Shown here: positions 1-12,625 of the stretch, piece by piece
How the letters are laid out: every line of letters starts with the position of its first letter
Position numbering within the stretch: the first letter of the stretch is position 1
Source: Epiperipatus broadwayi
Lineage: Eukaryota > Animalia > Onychophora
NCBI GenBank assembly: GCA_028023455.1
Contig: JAQFVV010000006.1
Coordinates: 7,130,001-7,194,000 of the forward strand
Reading direction: 5' to 3'
DNA length: 64,000 nucleotides
The notes under the pieces: model-generated
What the model was told of the DNA's origin: nothing
What the model saw: only the letters and a program-made list of their open reading frames with translations
Databases searched by the model: none
Made by a program: the position numbers and the translations under genes

Positions 1-455
1 TAAATAAATTAATAAATAACTCTAAAAATAAAACCTTATTTACAAATAAAAATTTGTATCATTTATAAATGGATGTGTAGGTGTGATAGCGGATATATAG
101 ATGAGTCGATATGCACATTGGAGAAAAGAACAAAAGAGCACTTGTTATTATTAAAAAGAGTTCAAAATACGAAACAAAATTCTAAAGATGATAATTTATC
201 AGCTTCCATTTTTTATGACCATTATAAATCATGTATATATGGTTTTGATTTCAATTATAATAATATAAACCTATTGGAAATTGAAAGAAATAATAATAAA
301 AGAAAAATCAAGGAAGTATGTTAATATATAAATACAAGCAAGACTTAATCAATAGACAGGCAGAAATGTTAAGATCATGGAATTATGGAAAAGTTGACTT
401 TTCAAAGTTTAGTTGACAAAGACTACAAGGATACTCGAAAGTGCTCCTAAGTGAT
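1..455 (+). mobile_element. Penelope-like element 3' fragment: GIY-YIG endonuclease remnant followed by an HHR-containing terminal repeat
   Basis: IIYKWMCRCDSGYIDESICTLEKRTKEH...ERNNNKRKIKE fits the PLE GIY-YIG pattern (IY-x-CxC-x-YIGE..R..EH). The 3' part recurs at ~12440-12625. Confidence 0.75.
408..451 (+). ncRNA. Minimal type I hammerhead-like motif, U3-A8 core variant
   Basis: TTAG-TTGACAA-A-GACTA(CAAGGA)TACTC-GAAA-GTGC-TC-CTAA: stem I TTAG/CTAA, stem II with one mismatch, short stem III. Confidence 0.65.
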
Positions 456-1185
456 GTTTATATTTTTTGTTCTTTTTAAAATTTTTAATTACTGTATTTT
501 CTAATATTTATTTATAACTTTACATATATATATATATATATATATAATATTTATTTATAACTTTACATATATATATATATATATATATATCATGAAGCTT
601 GATACTAGTTTTCTCAATGTGAATTGCAATGTTAGTATATATTATTAAATAACTAAAAATAATGGTTTAAGTAAATCTTATTATAGAATTCATACTATTT
701 CATATGTAGTGTGTCAATATACAAATGATAAAAAGACATAAAAAAATAACAGCTCACTGAAGAGTAAAATTATATAAACATCCAATAAATTATTATAAAA
801 ATCAGAAACATTTAAATAATTAATGATAAGACATAATATTATACAAGTTCTCAAACTTATTACAATATTGATTTAATACATGCTTAATATTTATAAGGGG
901 CAGCTAATTAGTAGCAGGGTATTTAATCTTTCACACTTGTAAGTAAAGCAAGAAAAATCTGTTTAATATAAATATGATCCATACTATTCTGATTTATGGC
1001 TAGTGATGTTTAGACCTTAGCATATCTGATGAAGGGATTCCCTTGAAACTAATCCCTACAAATGATTATAAATTAGATAGTTATAAATAATCTTCCATCA
1101 GCTAATTTATCAGGATGCTTTGTTTTAATCTAATCAAAATATTCCACAACACTCCCAGCTTAAACGTTCTCCCAGATTCATCTTT

Positions 1186-1430
1186 ATCATCATCATTTCC
1201 AACCATCACCGATCCACCGTCTCTCCCAACTTAATCCAGTTTCTCCAATCTCTAGCATCTATTCTTCACAACGCATCATAAAATGTCCTTATTTTATTCG
1301 TCCATCTCACATGTGGTCTTTTTCTAGGTTTTTTTTTATAATCTCTCAGTATCCAGTTTAAAACTTTGTCTGTCCATCAAATATCACTTATCCTAGAAAT
1401 ATATCCACCCCAGTTCTGATTTACCTATGT
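1186..1430 (-). mobile_element. RTE LINE 3' fragment
   Basis: Similar to 39954-40200, including the (CAT)n tail. Confidence 0.7.
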
Positions 1431-1989
1431 GGGATAAATAACCAATGTAACCCAGATAAAAATACTATTCAAATCTCCATTCAGATCTGTGATCACACAC
1501 ATAAAGTAATTAGCCACCAGTCGAATGCACCACAGGTATACAAAGTTCTCGGAAGTTAAATCTGACAAAATGTTTTTGTACATTTTACCAATTTAACTAT
1601 GGTTGAATGCTATTTATCTCAATAGTGCCTCAAATTCGGAAGAAATTTAAATATGACACTGTCAGCTACCATATATTTTAATGATGTCAGATACATGCTA
1701 GTAGTAAGTATGTTGATCTTTTAGAAAAAAGAGGGAATTTACCAATTAAGGCATCACAAGATTCACCATTTTATATTTAACTTTAGCAGTAGCAGAAGTA
1801 ATCCATTCCTATCATGTATTCTAGAATCATCTCAAAATATTGGCCTGGGTTCAAAACTTAAGGTATTGAAAGCTTTGAGGCAGCATAAAACCTACCACTG
1901 CCAGATGAATGTGTGCAAATTAATACTCTTCACTGACTAAGACCAATAGCCAGAAACTAATCTGAAATTTGATTAAGACTGACATCTGA

Positions 1990-2716
1990 TATCCATTAAC
2001 TAATGATGTTTAACTGGATATCTACGACAATGGCAGGGTCGATTATAGTTTAATAGATATACATTATATAAATTTTTATATAGAAAAACCAATAATGATG
2101 GTATAAAATAAGAAACATTTGCAAAATTAATAATAGAAACTTCAATTTGTGGAAATTAGAATCAGATCAAAGATTTATGCCCCTTGGGATATAAATACAG
2201 GATGCTTATTAATATTGTCAATAGATTTTATACCAAAATCAAATTCCGACCTACATCAATCAATGTTAAACGCTGGATATCTCTTCTCTATATTCCTAAT
2301 GTGTCCAGAAGTATAAACAATGTTTTCTCAGAAATATACAGAATCAGCCTCCGTACCTCAAATAATCTAAACCATTTATTTAAGAACTTTAAAAAAATAG
2401 ACCCCCCCCCCCCAGTATAAGTTTTTCATGCAATCACACTAATTGTAATGCTGTTTACTTTGGGGAATCTCGTGTTAATCTACCAACAAGAGTTGCCCAC
2501 CACCCATACTTGTATAATAAGGCCAAGAACAACTCTGACCACATATCCGTATTCTTAGATCACCAAAATAAACTCGGCCATACCTTTGAACTCACAATGG
2601 CCAGAGCGATATGCGTAGATCATAATGATGTAAAACAAAGATTAAAAAAGGCCTGGAATATCGCCAACAATGCGAACACCATAAACAAACAAAAAAAAGT
2701 GTTTCTCCCACTCTAA
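1990..2716 (+). mobile_element. Decayed Penelope-like element (RT thumb plus GIY-YIG remnant)
   Basis: Fragments LDI, YRKP and LLYIPNVSRSI, then (with frameshift) SCNHTNCNAVYFGESRVNLPTRVAHH..H..KLGHTF..RLKKAW. Confidence 0.65.
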
Positions 2717-3309
2717 AAATTGGGTCACGTAAATCCACAGATTTATATATTAGTACTTACATATTTTTTATATCACACCATTTGCCCACACTTTGTGGCT
2801 GTATTGCTATGGTTACAATACGTTTTTATTTCTCGGTTCATATACGAATTCCAGTTTAAGTGCTTCTTAGTTCGCGCTTTTAACCCGAATTAAAATTAAC
2901 AATAAATAGTCACGTATAATTCTACAAGTTCTCAAATATAGTAAAATGTTAATTATATATGTGTGTAATGATTATAAAAAACATAACATTTAACAAGTAT
3001 ACATTTTATCTTTCACACTTTAAAATAAAGCAAATAAGATCCGTATAATATAAATAAAGATTCAGATCTATTCTGATTTGTGGATCGCATTGTTGGACCT
3101 TTGAAGTACCTGTACGGTGAGCCTTTAGATTGTCACAAATTTACAATTTAATTAAGTATAAAATGTAACACTTTTATATTTTACTTTCGTAAATAGCCGA
3201 CACAAGAGGCTTACACATTCTCATTCATATTAATACTATAAGATATAATCTGTAGTGCATTATTTATGTGATTAGTAAACGCACACACACTAATAAAATC
3301 AAATATTAC

Positions 3310-3450
3310 CTGAGAAAGAAGTACTTTTTTCATATCGTTTTTGATAGCGAGCAAAAGATCAAGCCAGGTCCAGGTACAATTGTGATACTCAAGCGTCGGC
3401 AACATCAAAATAAAGTCATTCACGTCTTCAATATTTTTTTCTTTTTCACC
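3310..3450 (-). CDS. BLTP2: BLTP2/KIAA0100/hobbit coding exon (GEKEKNIEDVNDFILMLPTLEYHNCTWTWLDLLLAIKNDMKKVLLSQ)
   Basis: 141 nt, phase 0/0, with tttgcttttcag acceptor and gtaata donor. The LPTLEYHNxTWTWLD motif is diagnostic of BLTP2/hobbit and continues the peptide of the 63882-63953 exon directly. Confidence 0.93.
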
Positions 3451-3494
3451 CTGAAAAGCAAACAGTACTCACAAATAAATAACCCTGAAATTAT

Positions 3495-3602
3495 ATATAT
3501 GTAAACATTTTGAACGTTTAACCAAGAAAAGGTAATGCCACTTTAGAGCTATAATTTGCTAAGCATTTTCTTGGTTAAACGTTCAAAACGTTTACATGTA
3601 TA
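3495..3602. repeat. Short foldback inverted repeat (~36-bp arms)
   Basis: tatatgtaaacattttgaacgtttaaccaagaaaa versus ttttcttggttaaacgttcaaaacgtttacatgtata. Confidence 0.85.
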
Positions 3603-5413
3603 AATTACAATAAGAACAAGAAAAGAAAAATCATAGTTCTCGAATTATAAAAATGTATTACAAATTTTACATCTTTTCGACATGTGTGTGATCAAGTGTA
3701 TCGGCGGTATGAGATAGCATGGATGGTTGAGGGTCGCGCGTGAAAGTCTGAGTTCAAATCATATAGAATAAATTATATCACTGCACCACAGTTTAACTTC
3801 AGTATTAACTTTTTATTAATTTATCAATCCATAGAAGAAAAAAAAAAACGTTATCATTTGACCACCAACTTGACTATTAAATTGTGGCACTACAATTAAA
3901 ATTTATTTTACATGGTTTGATAAATTAATAAATAATAGTTAATTGTAAAAAACGGGCAAAACATTGTTTTTGTAAAAGATATTTTTTTTCCCCATTCACA
4001 AAAAAAAAAAAAAGGAATGTAAAAGTATGTTCTTATATTTAAAGATTATGGTTATATATAAATAGAGACAAAAAAATAAATGTGCTTTATAATTTATATA
4101 TTCAACACAAAGTTTTTTTCATATTTACAAAGCCATTCTCAGCTTATTGAGTCTAGATACGAGGCTACACTAACAGATGAATTAAGACCTCTTATATTTG
4201 TATATAAAACTTGTATACTAGACATTTAATTTCGATTATTTTAAGTTTACATTAAATTTTAGTTCGATTACTCTTCAACTGAAGCATGAAGCAAAAATCC
4301 ATAAACACAACAAAAAGTTTAAAGGGGGAAAAAATTCAGATATGATAAATTGAAAACAGAATTCTGGGATTTGTAAATGCAAAAGAACAAATTGTGTTAA
4401 TGGAAAATCTCAAGGGATTGTTTAGTGAAAAGGGGGGGAGGGTAATTGAATAAAATTGGCAAAAAGGAAATTGAAGTTATCTACGTTTTTTTTTTTAAAG
4501 GCAATAATAAAAATACAATAGAATTATTTTAAACTCTTCTAGAAATAATAAAATGTATAAATTCAAATAAAATGTTTTATAAAACATTAATAGTTGAAAA
4601 CAAATACATATTTATATAAAAAATCAAAAAATAAAATAAACTTTTTATAAGTAGCCTATTTCAGAATAAAACTCTTGAAGAGCCTTATATAAAACATCAA
4701 CAAAGGATAAAACAGTACTAAGAAAACTTGCCAACTACTGATGTTCCGATCTTGTTCACCTCTCCAGATAATAATAAATTAAAGATAATTATGGTACTTG
4801 TGTGTTTCCTGGTAGCTAAAGAGTGGAAGCATTTTTTTTTTTCAAATATACAGTTTCAGGGGCATACTTCTATAAATTTCTTTATATATATATATTTCTT
4901 TTACGATTGTATATTAAAGAATATGTGTTAGTTGTTAAGTTGAAAAAAATTGATTATAAATTCCATTCAGAAGACTTTAAACTTTTTTATTTTATATATA
5001 TATTATAATGTCTAACCCGGACACTTCCGTTTCGTAGTTTGTTAAAAGATTAGTGACTTTCTTTTTGTCACTATCATTTTGTCAAAATGATCAAAATTTG
5101 GAATTTCCTCAAATAGAACTGCACACCTTGGAGTGTTTGCAAACATATGGGATTCTATCTTTCCAAAAAGTATGTATAATGGCCATGACAGGACACTTTA
5201 CATTCAAGCATACACCAGCATGAACAATTCTCAAATACCCTTTCTTATACATAAGCAATAACAGATTTCATTTATGTATTGTTTTTTTTTATTTATGTTA
5301 ATATATATATATTTTAATTTAAAAAAAAAATTAACAAATAGTGTGAAAATATTCTAAAAAAATTTGCCCCCAAATTGTCCTTTTTTAAAAATAATGGTAA
5401 TAAAAAACACATA

Positions 5414-5508
5414 TCAAGCATTGGTGGTCGAGAGGTCAGCACAGCTGCCTTACAAGCAGTTGTCCCGGGTTAGCTTCCCGGCCGATGCTATGACACATGA
5501 TAAAAAAA
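5414..5508 (+). mobile_element. tRNA-Val(TAC)-like short SINE
   Basis: Cloverleaf-like body (GCATTGG/CCGATGC, GCTGC-CTTACAA-GCAGT, CCGGG-TTAGCTT-CCCGG), short trailer and oligo-A; about 8 copies in the window. Confidence 0.8.
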
Positions 5509-5914
5509 CAACAACTCCGAGAATATTAAATACAATCACTTCTTTTCAGTCATTTTGTTGTAGATATTTATTGTATGCCTGTCAAAGTGTGTAAGTGAAC
5601 AAAAAACTTCTTCTACCCTTCAGCAATATCCATTTATCAACTAATGAATAGTTAGGATCCTATAGACTACTTATTTGAGAAAAAGTCCTTTCTTGAATTT
5701 CACTTGATCTGAATCCAAACCTCAGATAATATTGGTACAGCAAGCCGATATCCTACCTTCACATACGAGGCCTTTTTAATAAACTACTGAAAGTATTTTT
5801 AATGTCGTAACCTGAAAATGTTGGATAAAAAATAAATGAATACGATCAATTTAAAACAAGTGTATTGTTAATTGTTATTGCAAACAGGTTTAACGCCGTA
5901 AAATGAATAGTCAA

Positions 5915-6135
5915 ATGGCTTTATTGCTCGGAAGTTTGTAAAAAGTTCAAGTGCTGGAACTGGAAACAGTTCAAGGATCTTATGTTTCAGAGTCCAACAC
6001 TCTACCACTGTACTAAATTGTACAGAATAATAAATGAGTGGCTTTATCACTCGAAAGTTCGTAAGCAGTTTGAGTGCTGGAAGTGCTAGAACTGAAATTG
6101 ATTCGAGGATCTTCTCTTGATAATCTGACCTTATG
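5915..6135 (-). repeat. Two tandem diverged copies of a second tRNA-related SINE-like unit
   Basis: ~125-bp duplicated unit; the minus strand reads agtggtagag..tggactctgaa (tRNA-Gln-like head). Confidence 0.4.
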
Positions 6136-9100
6136 CCAACTGTGTTAAAACAAATAGTGCGATGCAGTGAGAGAGTGATTAGAAGTGTAAGCTAATTCCC
6201 CAAATCATTGCACAATCTGTCATTTCTGACATGGAACATCACCTTACCTTCTGAGCAACTCACTATCCAGTTACATATATTAAAAAAATGAATGATTTAT
6301 TGCATGGGAGTTTGTAAAAAATTTGAGTATCAAGCAGGCCATGACTCATGGATCTTGCACTTCAGATTACAACAAGTCCATGCTAGAGCACCATTTTCAG
6401 GGGCTAAAGGTTCATGAATCAATCCTCCAAATGAAGACACTAAAAGAAAAAGAAATTCCAGTTTGGAAAACTATTACGGTCAGCCCATTGATTGGTGCTT
6501 AAATATCATATGATCTCTCAAGTAACAAATCACACGATTATTTTAACTATTAAATGCAATGTGACTTTCAGCATATATGGGAGCAATTTACAGCTGTTGC
6601 ATCTACACAGTTTGAAACATTACCCGTTGTTGTAATCCATCATCATTACCTACCTATCCTACACTAATACTGACCAACATTGTAAAAAAAAAAAATCTTC
6701 ACTTTTCCCTATGCGATTTGGTGTAAAGACAGAATCACCAACACTGGAACCCAAAGTCCATGGATTACAGCCAAACTCTATCATTCCCAATGCTCAAATT
6801 TATTACAAATTCCAGAACAAATTATTGTAATCATTTTAACAAGATTCTTTCATAACTTTTATGTTGCCAATGACAGATACTTCATAATATTTTTTTAAAA
6901 CATATAGTGATATGCTGAATTATTTCTATTGTATAAACCAGGGGCAGACATGCTTTCTCAAGGCAAGAGGTGCTTGTAAATTTCTCCAAGCATCACAGCC
7001 CACCACTTATATATTACAAACATGGTTTTTTTCAATAATAAGTTTTTTGGAAGTGACATAATTACATGCACCTTTTGCATTTATCATGGTGACAAAATTC
7101 TTCCCATTCTGTATTAAAATCCCATATCTTTCCTTTCTTTGCCATTACTCAGACACTATATGCCTCTTTAAAAATACCAATTTTTCATGATAAATTGATT
7201 AAATCTATATACCTGTTCAACATGAAATAGTTATCAGCTTTGCAACTAACTAAACGTATGTAGTAGATCCAGTTTCATCTTTGCATTGTTCAGAGAACAT
7301 ATTAAAGTCAATAAATTTGTAATCGATGTACATATCATTGTACATATCAGATGAAAGTGCATATGTCAGGTGACCCATTCATCAACAAATGCTTATTACA
7401 GATAGCTTCCGTGTTCCTGAAGAGCCAATTCTCACTTGCAGTAGCCATACATGATCAAGAAATGTATTTTATGTATTGCCATCTAATTTCATAGAATGTA
7501 GCATTGGTAACCATCGCATTCAGACAGTCACTCTAAAATGTCTTGGCAGTTCACTGGTGGACCACAATTGGCTTCTTTTCCACTCCTGGTCTAGATACAT
7601 CTTTTAATTTTTTTTCTTTTTATAAAAATTCAAACTTTATTTATAATTTTCCAACTACATTCAACTGTTAATACTAGAATGTAAATTAGTGGAGAACATT
7701 AGGTTGTGATTGGGTTTACTCTCTTCTTTTCTTTATGAGTTGTTCACTTGACCAATGACAATGCTTGGGTGAAAATTGAACTAATGACCTTTAGATTCAT
7801 GAACACTGTCATTAAAGTGATGCTCTGACAAATTAGATTATTTTAGCAAAGGTAACATTGGTAGTAATTTTATATACCCCACAAGACCAACCTAATCCAT
7901 AATTTTGAAGAAGAATGCTTACTAACATTGCCCTTAAAGGAGAAAAATGGAGAAGTCAGATCCTCATGTTTTGGCAAAATAGCCTAAAATCCAGTATTTA
8001 TGATCTAAAATCACATATTCTATCTTTGTGCCAGCACAATCCCTGGTTAGCATAGAAATATCACAAGAAAAGAAAAAGGCAATGTCACATGACATGTGCT
8101 CTATATAAATATGACTTATTGTTAGTAGTTGAACGTATTTGGAAAAATATAAATAATTATAGGTTATGTTTTGCTAAGAAAATGTTTAACAACAATTAAA
8201 TGATGAAAGTAGTCTAATTTTTAAAAATTGCTTAAATAGTAAAAAGAAATATTTTAATCTATTCAATTGATCATTAAGAAATTCACTCCATAGTAACACA
8301 CAGTAGCATAATGATTATTACAATTGTAAGGTCCATAATAATATCAATATTGTGTCAGTTTTACACCCCTCATTTTTGCTGCAAGTTTAATTAAACAGTT
8401 CTAATCTAATGGTTGTGATTCTATATTTTAATTTCCATCTCTGTTCCTAGATGGGAGGTGTAAATAGAAGTTAGGAATGCTCTTAAGTACAAATGCTACT
8501 TGAACATTAAAGTGGAAATTGTTTAACATTATATTAGTTTTTTTTCCTAAAGTTAATTCTTGTAATCCAAATACATTTTTATTTTGAATGACTTTTTAAA
8601 TAATAAAGGTACATGCATTTTGTTTCTATAATTATATCACATTTCTTGTAGTATTTAAACTCATCTGCAGGGAAACTAAAAAAAAAATATTTTTTTTTAC
8701 ATTATGTAAGTAACGATAGAATGGTATTTTTTTATTTTTTCACAATAATTTCACTTTTTTAAATACATTTCTGTTACTTCTAAATCTATTTTAATAATAA
8801 TTAAATTGAAAGTAATTTTACTTTATTACAAACTCTACTAAACTAAAAGCCACATTTATGAACAAATAATTATAGGCTTTAATCATTTATTTAGTTATGC
8901 TTAATCATGGTTTTAGAATTAAATAAAGCACATACTCAAACTGTTTTGTATTTTTTTAATATTGTCATTTAATATTAATGATGAGCCTTTAATAACTTAC
9001 AAAAGAATTTATGAAAAAAGAACTTTTCACATAGATTTTGTTGTAGAAAAAATATAATTACAAAATAATAAAAGAAAATATTTCAGTCTAGTAAATTATC

Positions 9101-9232
9101 CACAACATTAAATTCTTTTAAAACAATCTTTTAGATTATATATGCATTTAAGCAATAACAATCACTTTCCACATGCCCTTAATTTTTCCACATGCCCCTA
9201 ATACATGCAATTTATTTATTAGTTATAAATTT

Positions 9233-9273
9233 AAGCTGATAGTTTCGACTATTGACAGTCTTCCTCAGAGCTT
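9233..9273 (-). ncRNA. Hammerhead-like motif, family D
   Basis: AAGCT-CTGAGGA-A-GACTG(TCAA)TAGTC-GAAA-CTA-TC-AGCTT: perfect 5-bp stem I, one mismatch in stem III. Confidence 0.65.
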
Positions 9274-10269
9274 GTATTTTTTTTTTAATCGTAAGGGCTG
9301 GATGGTTATTATTAATATTTTTGTCTGGATTTCACTTGGCAATCAACTCATTTTTACCATCTCTGAAACAAAGTAATACATCATCTACATGACCCAAATA
9401 GTGGCAAATAATATCTCACTAAAACATGGCTGCTATAATAGGAATAGCAAACAAATACATGTAAGAAAGAACCAAAGCAAACTGTATTCACATTTTTTAT
9501 TTGTGAAAACATATATACAGTAAAAAGACAATCTCTTGCCATGGCATTCACAAACTTCATACTTTTTGTTATTATCATCATCATATCAACCCTGTTATCC
9601 TCATCATTTTGTCATACTTTAGTACTTTAAATATTTAGTTTTTAAATAGGTAGAAAATAAGATGTTAGTTAGTGTGATGTGGAGAAGCCGTGGACCAGAA
9701 AACCTGGTTAAATTTGGTGAGACTCTCATATTACTGGATCAGTATTAGTTGAAAATAATAATGATGGTACATATGGACACATATACATATATAACTATAT
9801 ATACATACGATATTTTAAAAATGTATCAACTTTAAGTTAATGAAGAATAAAAAAAAGATTATTAATAATGTCCTTCGTCAAAATTAATACTATTTGGTGA
9901 AAAAAATGTTAGACAATGAAACAGTTTTTTTAAAAAACTTATTTAATTTTGAAATAATTAAATAATGGCATTCATAATAATATTTCGTTCAATTGAACTT
10001 TAAAAAAAATACAGACTATTAACTAAATTGTTTCATTTAAGAAATATATATATAGTAACTTAACATATCCCTACATATTAGTCTTCACTGTTCTAGAAAG
10101 GATAACAGATATTAAATTTCTATAGAAATAAAATCACACGATATAATATAAAATATTGTTACATTTTCATTTACCATTGTCAAACTTCCTCCACTCACAA
10201 CTTTGACGCCATCCATTTCAGATAAATACAATAATGATTATTACTAATATATGAGAGATGGTGACCTGG

Positions 10270-10309
10270 TCAACTGATGAGTGCTGGTTCAGCACGAAAT
10301 GCATCTTGG
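10270..10309 (+). ncRNA. Canonical-core minimal type I hammerhead ribozyme (family A, copy 1)
   Basis: TCAA-CTGATGA-GTGCTG(GTT)CAGCAC-GAAA-TGCA-TC-TTGG; palindromic stem III ATGCAT; stem I extendable via gtgacc/ggtcat. Confidence 0.9.
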
Positions 10310-10677
10310 GGGTCATTTGTCTTTTATTATATCTTTATTTAAGTGAATTTAAAAAGAATGAGGAAATATGAAGGTGTTTATTATATCTATAAAGATATTA
10401 CATGTGGGACAGAGAAAGGTGAATAACTCCGTGTGTGTAAATTTTAAAAAATCAGATGTATTAATCTTTAACTGAGGTTTAAAGTTTATATCTGTGCTAG
10501 AGATAATCTCTAGTTTCGAAAATGATTAGTAATAATCATTAATGTATTTATCTAAAATGGATGGCGTCAAAGCTGTGAGTGGAGGAAGTTTGACAATGGT
10601 AAATGAAAATGTAACAATTTACTCTAGATAAATACTTTGCATATAATAGAGATATATATGAGAGATAGTGACCTGGG

Positions 10678-10717
10678 CCAACTGATGAGTGCTGGTTCAG
10701 CACGAAATGCATCTTGG
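10678..10717 (+). ncRNA. Canonical-core minimal type I hammerhead ribozyme (family A, copy 2)
   Basis: CCAA-CTGATGA-GTGCTG(GTT)CAGCAC-GAAA-TGCA-TC-TTGG. Confidence 0.9.
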
Positions 10718-10884
10718 GGGTCATTTGTCTTTTATTATATCTTTATTTAAGTGAATTTAAAAAGAATGGAGAAATATGGAGGTGTTTATTATATCTATAA
10801 AATAAAGTATCTTAATATAACATCAACAATTGTATATAGAATAACAATTATAATTCGAAACGATTTTTTCATCCTACCTTATGC

Positions 10885-11720
10885 TAATTGTAATAATAGT
10901 ATACAAACATTTTGAATGCTGACTTCAGAAATTAGTATTCTATATTGATTTCATAAGATACGCTGAGTGCTCTCATTCATGAATTGCAGGAGGCGGTCTT
11001 GAATTTCATTGGAAAACAGATTATGTAAATTGCTGATTTAAATATTTCACTTTTTAGGTAATTGCACATTATTTTCCTTTTTGTTGACTGCGTGGGGATT
11101 GTTTGGAAATAAACCATACTTTCTTCATTTTTCACTTTCTTTTATCATGCTCCATACATAGAATGTATAATATCAGCTTGATGACAAGTTATTTCAGAAT
11201 CACCCCTCCCCCCACACACAAACAAATACTATATAAAATCAGATGTAGCAATGCTTCTTGTAGATCGGTATACTATGGGAAATCTCATGCAAATATCACA
11301 TCGAGCAACATAAATATTTATATAGGCATGCAAAAAATGATTATGAATTTAAATTAGTCTTTCTAAAGCAAGAGCAGAAGTTTAGTTACATCTTTAACTC
11401 AATAAAAATTAACTCTGTATGCACTGAACTGATGAGTGAAGGCAAAGGATAAAGGAGTGGTTCATCTCTAACAATCCCTATGCAATCAACAAAAAAGAAA
11501 ATAGTCAGCAGTTATTTAAGAAGTGTAATATTTAAATCAACAATTTACATAATTTGTATTCCAATTAAATTCCACAACACCTCCTGCAGTTCATGAATAC
11601 TATGAGTACTTTAGCGGCAGAAAGCACGCTCAGCATGTCTTGGGAAATCAACATAGTATAATCTTTTCTTAAACCAACATTCAAAATGTTTGTATACTGT
11701 TATTATAATAATAATTACAA
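10885..11720 (+). mobile_element. PLE 3' remnant (GIY-YIG) between inverted copies of its terminal repeat; decayed HHR at 11600-11637
   Basis: ILYKIRCSNASCRSVYYGKS motif; ~10885-10995 is an imperfect reverse complement of ~11578-11720; CT-ATGA...GAAAGCACGCTC. Confidence 0.65.
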
Positions 11721-11819
11721 TACACAAAAGCTCTTTTTGAAAAATATTAATTTTTTCCCTTTACACTGTGTAGGAACTATTTTACAATTTCAATCTACAT
11801 TGCATATGTAGTGAAATCT

Positions 11820-12350
11820 ATCTCTTTTATATATATAAACTAAATTTGTACAAATAATTTGTCAATTGAAATATCACGTTCGTAATAAGATCAAGTCCTG
11901 ATTTAAACTCATTCAATAAGAGTTGGTTTATATAAGAATAGACTTTAAGCACAAATGATTCACTTATGCTTTTAAAACACTTATTGACAGGTGAGTGCAT
12001 GTAAACTTAATATCAATCTAATAACACATGTGTAAAATATAATTTCCTTCCACAAGATTACATTTACATAAATAGCTAAATAATATTTACTGAGGCTATA
12101 ATCTTGAGAATATGCATGTAAAATGCGATATAATTCAAAGTTGCAGGTAGTTAAAAATAAGAAACTTTTTCTTCGCTATGATATAGAAACTAAATTAGTA
12201 CAAATAATTTGTCAATTGAAATATCAGGCTCATAATAAGGTCAAATCCTGATTTAAGCATGGTCCAAACTTATTCATAGATAAGTACATGTAAATTTAAT
12301 ATCAATCTAAAACCACATGTGTAAAGGGTAATTTTCATCCATAAGAATAC
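11820..12350. repeat. Diverged local duplication (~350-bp period), possibly PLE endonuclease-derived
   Basis: ctaaatttgtacaaataatttgtcaattgaaatatca...acatgtgtaaa occurs twice. Confidence 0.6.
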
Positions 12351-12359
12351 ACACGCACG

Positions 12360-12393
<34 letters not shown>

Positions 12394-12439
12394 AGTAAAA
12401 TAGTACTTATACAGCATTGAAACATATATATAGATTATG

Positions 12440-12625
12440 TATACATAGTTTTATTTTGTATTATAATAATGTAAAAATATTGCAAATTGAAAGAAATAGT
12501 AATAAAAGGAAAATAAAGGAAACCGTGTTAATACGTAAATATAAGCAAGACTTAATAAACAGGCGGGCAGCAAATGTTAGTTGACAAAGACTACAAAGAT
12601 AGTTGAAAGTGCTCCTAAGTGGATA
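12440..12625 (+). mobile_element. Second copy of the PLE 3' end seen at 1-455, with a U3-A8 HHR at 12577-12619
   Basis: ERNSNKRKIKETVLIRKYKQDLINR, then TTAG-TTGACAA-A-GACTA(CAAAGA)TAGTT-GAAA-GTGC-TC-CTAA. Confidence 0.75.

Larger units (their letters stand above)
10154..10800 (+). mobile_element. Retrozyme-like element, family A: 5' inverted segment plus ~1.35 tandem copies of a 408-nt non-coding unit with two HHRs
   Basis: HHR cores at 10274 and 10682 (spacing 408). 10154-10248 is the reverse complement of 10525-10620. No ORF. Confidence 0.85.

Noticed and set aside
1026-1054. CTGATGA-AGGGATTCCCTT-GAAACTAATC as a functional HHR
   Set aside because: The core and stem II are plausible, but there is no stem I and the palindrome is broken. 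Counted only as decayed.
1-3309. Terminal BLTP2 exon (expected to start A/VIKQKL-like)
   Set aside because: No acceptor followed by a matching peptide was found; the exon probably lies left of the window.
5414-5490. Functional tRNA-Val genes
   Set aside because: Oligo-A tails, TSDs, inter-copy divergence and damaged T-loops indicate SINE copies.
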